DNA of 64,000 nt from Chrysomallon squamiferum. Taxonomy: Eukaryota; Animalia; Mollusca. Positions 54,576 through 64,000 of the stretch are shown here, piece after piece. A program made the translations under genes and the position numbers. The stretch is taken from positions 18,166,001-18,230,000 of the forward strand of contig CM022669.1 of NCBI GenBank assembly GCA_012295275.1, in the 5' to 3' direction. The notes under the pieces were generated by a model, which worked only from the letters and a program-made list of their open reading frames with translations, ran no database searches and was not told where the DNA came from. Numbering within the stretch: position 1 is the first letter of the stretch; the number at the start of each line of letters is the position of its first letter.

Positions 54576-56768
54576 ATGTTTGTTAAAAGCGTTATAGCAG
54601 GCTTGCTTTTTGGAATTATTGCGTATTTTTATGTGTCATATTACAAAGTGGAGAAATCTGAGAAAGATAAAATTGAACAAAACATAATTTTGTCTTGGAA
54701 AAACAATGTTCATGCACCTGCGACACAGTTCAAGAAGCTAGCTGTAGGGTAATCAGTCAAGCATAAATTTATTTAGCTCATGAAACGAAGCGGTGGAGTG
54801 TATCCGATAAGCTAAACTTGATAACTCTTCATAACATAAACTGCTGACATAATCAGCTGATAAGCAATATTTTCTAATAGTAATATATGAAGCATTATAG
54901 TATATAAGTTGCTGTAGAAATGTCCAAAGATTGCAATTAAATTTTAAATATTGTAATTTGTATCACATATTTTGTTTCACTGCATCTGTATTTAAACTTT
55001 CAACTTATTATTTAGCTGTACATTTTATATTATTTTATTAAATTATTATTATTTTTTTAATTATGGAAGAATTGCGCTTTATTTAAAGTTCTTATTTTTC
55101 ACAGCAACATGCTGTATCAGTAATTATCAATTTATCAGTAATATACATTGCAGAAAGTGTTAGAATGCAGTTCTGATTACCACTTATAAAATATTTAATG
55201 TCGTTATTAATTTTAACAGTTATATCTTATCCATTTTCAGCGTTCACATTAGTGTTCTAAATATTTGAGAATATTTTTTTCATTTATAGCATTAACTCAA
55301 ATGTTGACTACATTGTTCGTGGAGTTGATCTGCTCAAGAAACTTGGCCTCAGTCCTGGAAAGATGGAGGACCATGATTTGTTGTCATCTCTAGATGAATT
55401 ACAGGAAACATTTTCTTATTTTTTCAACAAAGGATCTGCAGCTGAGAGAGTTTATCTCGAATCAAAGCTTTTTCAACAAATTCGGGAGGCTGCTGAGAAT
55501 TTAGAAGAAATTGAAGTATTTTGAAATTTAAAATTTTTTATTTTATTTTTCACATATTTTGTGTAGAAAATTTAATTTTAGTGTTATTTAGTTTATAGGA
55601 AAACAGTCATAATTTTGCAAAAAGAAACTTTTTTTTTTTTTTTTAAAATCCTATATTTAGATTTATTGTTAAATATTTACTAATAATTTTGGGTTTTTTT
55701 TTATTTTGAAGCATGTGAAATAGAATTTTAAAGCTTATTTAACTGGAAGTTCGTTTGTTTCATATTTAGTCCAGATTTTGTTATTATCTATATATTATCT
55801 ATATCTTTGTTATTTTTAGCAATACATTGGTGGCAATGCAGCACTGATGGCATCAAAAACAGCTGAAATGTATCCTGACATTGAAGTATGTCAACATAGT
55901 AAAATTAATTACATTATGATTGTTTCATTTTTGAAGAGAAAAACTTGTTTCATATACTGCAGGAGGAGACAACTTAGTTCTTTAACTTCTAAAACAAATT
56001 GTTCTATCAAAAATAAACATTTCATTTAAAATTACAGAAAATGTTAATTAAGAACAGTCAGAGAAAAAAGAACAAGAAGAAAAAAGAAAAAAATTGGTTC
56101 AAGGACTTTATAATGTGTATCACACACACACACAGTTTTATAAATACTTGTGATAAATATTAAACTTAATATCAAAGTTTAAAAAAAAAATATTGGTGAA
56201 GTTAATTTAAGTTGTTGTTATTTCATTTCAGATTTTATTTGTAGGACCCGTTGGTCCCCAACTTCGTACTCTAATGCCAGATGTGATCCAGATCCCAAAG
56301 TCGAGTCACATCAGCAGCGATGAAGTGCACCTCATCATGGAATACAAAGTCGGCGATGTATGGGGTGATTTCCAGGCACCTGTTGCCAACCGCTTCATCT
56401 CGAGCTATGATGTGTCAAATTCGCAACTCACCATGCTGGACACATTCTTTGAGGCTTCAAAATCTTACAAACCTGATCTTATGGTGCTGTCTGGGCTCCA
56501 TCTCCTTGATGGGCAGTCAGAGCGGGTTTTCAACTCGAAGATCAGCGTTCTGGTTGACCATCTTCAGACGGTTGATTCCAATATTCCTGTACACTTGGAA
56601 TTTGCCAGCATGATAAACATCGAATTTATCAACCGAATTTTACACAAGGTTGGTAATTGTTTATAAATATGGTTGTACTTAAGGTTGGTTCATTCTTTAT
56701 AAATATAGCTTGGTTAAGATTGGTTGATTTTATATATATATATTCATATACATACATACATACATACA

Positions 56769-56802
<34 letters not shown>

Positions 56803-57731
56803 CATACATATATAAAGAGAGAGAAAGAGATTGAGATTTTGCCAGCTGGAGCATTTCCAATTCCAGACTATGGCTTCTAATGTATTTCAAAGGCAGTTGT
56901 ATTTAATGAACGTCTTAATCTTAACAAACAAATAATTAAAAGAAATTAATTAATAAAATGACAGAAGGAAACAAAACCTTAACAGATTAGAGGATATCTT
57001 GCAAAGATTGATTTGAAGCAACAAAACTGTCACTTTATATGTTATTAAAAGAATACTTAAACTTTCATTTTCAATTTCGTTTTTGGTACCATTAACACAC
57101 TTAAAAATACACTTAAATCAGCTTTCATTACTTAATTTTTTTTCCTCATTCACTGTTTACATTTGTACCTTTTTTTCAGGTGTTACCAAATATTAACTCT
57201 CTTGGACTGAATGAACAAGAATTGTTCATCTCATCAGCTTCTTCTGCTGGCCCGCATCCAAAAGAATACCTGACCCATGGTCAGCCGGAGATTCATAAAG
57301 TTACGGACATCATGGTTTGGCTGCTGTCGGTTTTTGGCCATTCAGAAACAAACCGTAACTCTCGACTCACTAGAATACATTTCCATTCACTCACATTTCA
57401 CATAATTGGCACTGTTGGAAAATTCTGGGGTAACTTAAAATCAGCAGTTGCAGCAGGAACAGAAATTGCTGGACAGCAGGCGTGTGATGTTCAAGAGTTA
57501 AGTTCCAGTATTGTTGATATTCAGATACCGCTGAGGTATAAATTATACACAGGTGATGAAGAAAGGGCATTCAACAGCAGTGAGCCAGTGACAGTGTTTA
57601 CCAAGGAAGGATTTAATTTTGCATTCAGTCCCGTTCTCGTCTGCAATAACCCAACGAAAACAGTGGGGCTTGGAGATGCCATCTCAGCCACGGGATTGAT
57701 GTTTTCAGAGTTCAATGCGAAAAGTAGCTGA
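54576..57731 (+). CDS. ADPGK: ADP-dependent glucokinase, 477 aa
   Basis: Exons 54576-54748, 55290-55515, 55820-55885, 56232-56648, 57180-57731 (1434 nt). N-terminal signal anchor, then AVGINSNVD, GSAAER, YIGGNAALMA, DEVHLIMEY, ANRFI, SLGLNEQEL, TRIHFHSL and the ribokinase-fold catalytic motif TVGLGDAISATGL. Confidence 0.96.
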
Positions 57732-59892
57732 TAAGCAAATAGTATTTTAATTTTCTTTCTGTTTTAGCTCAAAACTACATTTGTTAATTTTTTTGAGATG
57801 TTAAGAGATGGGGAGGGAGGATAGGGAAAAAGTTAAATACCTTTTAATATATGTTTTATAACAGTTATTACTCAGAGAAAGAAGATAATTTGACCAGTTA
57901 TTTTTATTTTGTGACACCAAATTGTTATCTCTTTATTGTTATTAAAATGTATGTATGTGTAAATGTAGCAGTGACAATATTGATGCAGAAATTACTGGAA
58001 AGAAGTGCTAATATATAAAATTTTATTGGAAATATTAATATAAATATAACTGTCTTATGAGGGTTAAAAGATTCAAAGAAAAAATAAAACCCCTCTAAAA
58101 TATCCATTTTTCAAATTCATAATACCCATCATTGAGTACATAATGTTATCATATTGTAATTATGTTCCTAATAGTATTACATGAATTGAGGTTCTTTGGC
58201 CACCTCAACAAAGTTTAAAAAAAAAAATAAATAAATAAATAAATATATATATATATATATATATATAATTTTTCTTCATTGTCTTGACTTTTTAAGAATG
58301 CGTTTTGATAGATATATCATATTATGACTATTTGTATACCTGTGGACCATAAAAATCTTTTGAAGGGATAAGAAAAGGCTTTGTGACATTAAAAAAAAGA
58401 AGAAAAAAAAAAAGAAATATTAAGCTAATGTAATATTATTTAAATAATAATATAATCTTTTTTTTTAAGTTGAAATAACAAAAATTAGCTTTTGCTAATA
58501 AAAAATTCAACAAAGACTGAGTCCCGGAAGAACTTCGTTTCTCAAATCTAATTCTTTTTTTTTTGCAGTTAATTTTATGTTAAGGTGTATGGTAAGATAA
58601 AATTAATATTTGTAGGAATTATAGTAAATCACAGCTTTCAATAACACGGATACATTTAAAAAAAAAAAATTGTAACTGACATGTATGCAAAATTAAGTTA
58701 CAGGTCTTTGGTTTAGATATTTGAAATGTCTTTAGGGTTGGTGGATAGTTTTATTTTATAATAATCTGGCTTTGTGTGTGTGTGTGTGTTGCATGCATAT
58801 GTTCACATGTGTGCGTGTGTGTGTGCATGTGTGCAAACATGAAGATTTTACAAAAGTATTTTTTGTTGATTTATTTTTTTATTTCTGTATTAACAGAATT
58901 TGTCTGTGTGTATTTCTGTTTAGAATAAATATTTGCTGATAAGAAATAATTTTTAAGCTTACCAGGCTTGTACTTTTTAAATAATCATAACGAATATTTA
59001 TTAATATTATTGTATCTAGTTTGCAATATACTGGCATTATTTCTGTTAGAATGTTTCATGCAGTGATTACTAACTTAGATTAAAATAATATAACAATTTA
59101 CTATTAGGAATTGTTACAGGTAGATTATATAAATATATGAGACAATAAAAGTGATAAGTTAAAAAAAAGTAATTCCATGCAGAATTATATTTAGTATTTT
59201 ATTAATAGGAATTTAAGTATTTCTGTGGAAATTAAAAAAAAAAATTCATAAAAAAAAATAATAATAAAAAAATAAGATAATAAATAAAAGAAAATTGTTA
59301 TAATTACAGGCCAAAAAATATTTTACCGATACATCGATTCACAGTGGATGCTTTTATTTCATTATTAAGATGCGACCAGAACATTTTTATCTTTGTCATG
59401 ACAAAACGAATGTCTGTTATTTCTTGTTTGCAAATGTATTTTGAGATTTTTTATGTACATCCAAGTAAATATTATTAAGTTTTTGTTTTCCCACTTCAAA
59501 GAATTATATGAATTGAAAAATATATATTGAAACTTACTTCTGTGGTTTTTGCAGCAAGTAATATTTTCAAAACTAAGTTTCATTGAATTTTACATCTGCA
59601 CAAATAAAAATATATCTGCATGCGTTTTCATCTTGTTGCTTTTATTTTTACAATAACATTATGCAAGATATTTTTTAAAAACTCAAGTTTACTCTTGATT
59701 TTTAATATGCTTTATAAAATTTTAAATTGAACATTTATATATGTAATATATTGTTAAAGATGTACTGTTACGAGGCAGCTTGTTAATGTACTTTTTTCCT
59801 ATTAAACTAATTATTAATATTTGTGCAATTGATTATTTTTGTTGATAGTGTGCAGAAGATAGTGGGTTTTTTTTTGTTGAATGTTTAAATTA

Positions 59893-59936
<44 letters not shown>

Positions 59937-60206
59937 TGAGAGAGTGTGAGAGAATGTGAGTGTGTGAGAGAATGTGAGTGTGCACATCAATAATTGATAA
60001 TTAGGATTCACCAGAAGATCTCTCAATTCAGACCTTTGCTTTAACATTTGAAAAAAGAAAAAAAAAAAGAAAAAAAAAAAATTATAAATAAAAATAATTT
60101 TATTGCTTAAAAAAAAAAAATAATTAAAAAAAAAAACAGTTCAGTGTTGACATAAATTACAAATCTGTGCAGAATATAATTCAACCTATAGAGATCTTAA
60201 CAAAAA

Positions 60207-60249
<43 letters not shown>

Positions 60250-61601
60250 TTAAAAACTATTGTGTAGATTTACGAATAAAATATATATATTTTTATTTTC
60301 ATTCAATTTCTTTGTTAACTTAAAAGTAATGCAGGTTATTTTGACATTATTTGATGATTAAATGAAAAATCTGTTGGATGAATATAGAATTTACATATTA
60401 AACTTAAATTAGTTTATTATAGTTTTTAAGACTATTTATTTTTCAAGGACATTATGGTTACACTGTTTATCTTTATTTATTAAATATATATATATATATA
60501 TATATTTATAGATGAAAATTCAATAAATGACAAACAAAAACAACCAGAGAAAACATGAACAAAAAGTTAATGATATAAATCATATCTTTATTTTTATTCA
60601 GATTTTATGTATTATGATTTAAAAAAATTAAAAATAAAACTACTACTAATGAATATTTAAAAATAAAATTCAGTTAAAAAAAAGAGGAAAGAACCAAAGC
60701 AAAATAATAATTAAATTTTTTTTATAATTAAAAAAAAAATAAATAAATAAATAAATAAAAATAAATATCACCGAGTATACATTCGCAATTCTAATGTGCT
60801 AATGGTTTAATTTTCACATCACAGCTGTCAAAAGTAAAGTCTTCACATGTTTAATTTTCAAAGTAATTTATAACAACTTAAGAAGCATTAGTGACTATCT
60901 TTACGTTTTAAACAAGTAGTTGTAAAATCATTTCAGTATCATTCACTTTCAACTAAAATTAACCTATTATGTTTTGATTAATTTTCTTCATTCTGTCCCT
61001 TTTGTTTATTCATCCTTCTGTGAATCATTCACTAAGTTAAAAATCACTGTTATATATCATCTTTTGTTTATATGAGTCATCAATTTAATTATCTTCATGC
61101 CAGTTCGCTTGTTTTTTTAAAACATTAGTTTAATATTATTAACAATTAAATTATTGAGAGCACAATGATCAAATGTAATTTGAAGCTAAATAAATAAAAT
61201 CATTTAAAATAAAATCAATAAAATGCTATTACTTTGGTGTTAAAATTGTTGTTACTGCATGACTACATGAGTAATAATCCAAAACATTTTTTTTTTATTT
61301 AAATGATCTGTGAAAAATGATATTTAACAAGTTGTCCAAGGAGATTCAAAACTATTCAGAAGAAGAAACCAAAGCAAACATACAAAAAAGTAAACTGAAC
61401 TTGATAAAATGAATATAATTAATAACGTCTAACCTATACTCTATAAAGGAATTTAAAAACAAATGTGAGTAGAAAACAATAAAGCAATTGAGAAAAAATG
61501 AACAAATAACAATAAAAGAAAAAACATACACACACGCTTAATTATCGGTCTTTTAAAACTTTTTTGTTACTCCTGAAACCAAGTAAATAATTATTTAAAT
61601 G

Positions 61602-61640
<39 letters not shown>

Positions 61641-61811
61641 AAACGGCTGTTACTACAAAACTTCCAAATTCTTCTCTGTTAATGTTTTGATTATGCAAAA
61701 GAAATGAAAATCACAAATAACAAGTGAACGGTAACATACATTAAGTTTGTTTACCATTTTTTTCTTTGTTTTTGTTGATGGCGTGGGGGTTATTTTAGCT
61801 ATTTAGAACTG

Positions 61812-62039
61812 TCAGAATGGTTTTCGAGCCAGTAAGACATCATATGTGTTGTTGCCCTGTATTTTTCTTATCTGAGTATTTCGGAATCCGTGCGTTTCGA
61901 GAAGTGCTTTGTATTCTGTGGCTGTTCTCTCTTTTCCACGCGAGATTAACGCCATTGCGAGATCATTAAGAACGCAAACTTCCGGTCCGTCTTTATCCTC
62001 GTTTAGCATCTTTTCCAAAACAAGAAGGCTGCCACCTTT

Positions 62040-62093
<54 letters not shown>

Positions 62094-62171
62094 GAGTAGA
62101 ATAATATAGTATAATTATTTAAATGCTAAAGCGGAATTATTCAGTGACACGCTTTGAAATCGACAAGAATT

Positions 62172-62248
<77 letters not shown>

Positions 62249-63613
62249 GTTCATTTTTCTTTTTTGTATAAAAATGATATACCTGGAGGAAGTTTGTTAA
62301 AAACCTTGCTCAGCAAAAGATCGATGTTCGCTCTGTCCCAATCGTGAATCACGTGACCAAGTACAAATAAATCGGCGGCAGGCAACGAGTCCTTGAAGAA
62401 ATCTCCTGCAGTGATTGAAAATACATACATACGTGTGCGCGCTCCAATAGATTTTTCAATAGCTGCATGTTTTGTACGTGTGTGTGTGTGTGTGTGTGCA
62501 TTTACGTACCTATGCATGTGGAAATATATTATTTAAATAAACATATATAATTACACACACATATAAAAATACACACCTGCCATGAACTGAACTCTGGGTT
62601 TTGTGAGTTCTGGTTGTAACTTTTTGGCTATTTGTGTTGTATGTTGAAGATCGTACACAGTCACGTGCATGTTGTTGTACACTCTTGTAAGTTCGTAGGC
62701 AAAACAGCCAGAGCTTCCTACAAAGTAAGCAGTCTGTTAATAACTTCTTAATATTGAGAGATACTAAATTAAAACAAAACAATTACAAATAACCATGTTT
62801 ATTATAAAACGTAATCAGAGTTGCTAAACAGCTTTAAAAATAAAAACAGCTTTCAACCAAGGATGTGTGCTCTTCTTCCGTAAATCACTAGTAAATGGCA
62901 AAAATATAGTATTTTTCCTACAAATATCATTAACATTTACATACTCTTTATAACCCCCCCCAAAAAAAAACAACCCCAAAACAACACCAAACAAAAACAA
63001 CAATACATCCCCCAAAAAACAACAACAACAAAAAACAAAACAATTATAATAAATGTCAAAGGTATTTTTTTTTTTTTTTTTTTACAGGTATAAAAAGAAC
63101 GAAAAAACCCACTGAAGCCACATTAAGAGCAACTTTTACTGAAATGCGGCAAGGAATATTTTAATACATACTGTCGTTCATACATAAATCGACGGATGGG
63201 TGGGTGAGTTTAATATTTTGAAACGGGAAATCGAACAATGAGAAGAAATTACCACTTATTTCCCATTCCAACCACGGTGACACAACCCGATCCCTATAAT
63301 ACACAAACATGTTACAGTACAATTTGTTCCGTACCTCCGAGGTCAACCGCCATCTTGTGTCCACTAAGGTCAAAAGCTCGAGCCATGGTGGCCGCACACT
63401 GGGCAGCCAGACCATCCATGCAAGACATGAACATCATCGTCATGTCCGTGGGCCGGCCGGTGTTGCTGTCGTCGTTGTTGTTGTTGATTTCAGAGTCTGG
63501 CTTGTCAGGTTTTTGAATCTGCGGTATTTTCTTTTTGGTTTGGTTCATCGACGAGTTGATGTTCTTCAGTTCACCTCCGTGCATCATCAAAAGACTGGTT
63601 TTATCTGAAGTTC
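61812..63613 (-). CDS. Acetylserotonin O-methyltransferase-like SAM-dependent O-methyltransferase (3' part; 5' exons lie beyond the window)
   Basis: Exons 63613-63335, 62717-62577, 62405-62283, 62035-61812, all joined by phase-1 introns. Motifs AFDLS..AVDLGGSSG (SAM motif I), VYDL, AGDFFKDSLPAADLFVLGHVIHDW (catalytic His-Asp), PGGSLLVLE, GKERTATEY. Confidence 0.88.
62175..62244. repeat. (CT)n microsatellite
   Basis: Directly visible. Confidence 0.95.
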
Positions 63614-63648
63614 CTAGATAAAACATTTAAATGTTAATTAATTATTAC

Positions 63649-63649
<1 letters not shown>

Positions 63650-63731
<82 letters not shown>

Positions 63732-63745
63732 AAGAAGAAGAAGAA

Positions 63746-63778
<33 letters not shown>

Positions 63779-63869
63779 AATAATGATGATGATGATGGTG
63801 ATAATGAGGAGGATGAGGAGGATGAGGGTGATGTCGATGATGGTATAATTACAATGATAATGACGACGA

Positions 63870-63907
<38 letters not shown>
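63650..63907. repeat. Compound trinucleotide array (AAT)n(AAG)n(GAT)n..(ATT)n
   Basis: Directly visible. Confidence 0.9.
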
Positions 63908-63910
<3 letters not shown>

Positions 63911-64000
63911 CATATATTGTAAGTATCCATCGAACGTCCAAAGGATACACAGACACTTTTTATGATGTAAATTTCAAATATGGTATCCCTGTTATATCGT

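Overview
AT-rich, microsatellite-rich animal genomic DNA with GT-AG spliced genes, most likely a gastropod mollusc (inferred from an abalone-type vitelline-envelope ZP gene). Manual exon assembly gives six complete genes and one partial gene. In order: MORF4L1/MRG15 (-, 12 coding exons) head-to-head with FBXW2 (+, 3 exons); a rolling-stone-like multipass membrane protein (+, 4 exons, 13.6 kb first intron); a VEZP/VERL-like ZP-domain protein (+, 9 coding exons); metaxin-1 (-, 8 exons) head-to-head with ADP-dependent glucokinase (+, 5 exons); and the 3' part of an ASMT-like O-methyltransferase (-). Most ORFs in the supplied track are microsatellite artefacts. I found no clear new multi-gene system. 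The best leads are a candidate Thr/His hydrolase dyad and CRE/HNF4-like sites in the rolling-stone-like gene, an extra Cys pair and odd splicing signals in the ZP gene, a Tigger/pogo-like fragment resembling fish elements, and a visible CpG-poor/CpG-rich domain structure. Gene identities come from motif recognition and were not checked by database search.
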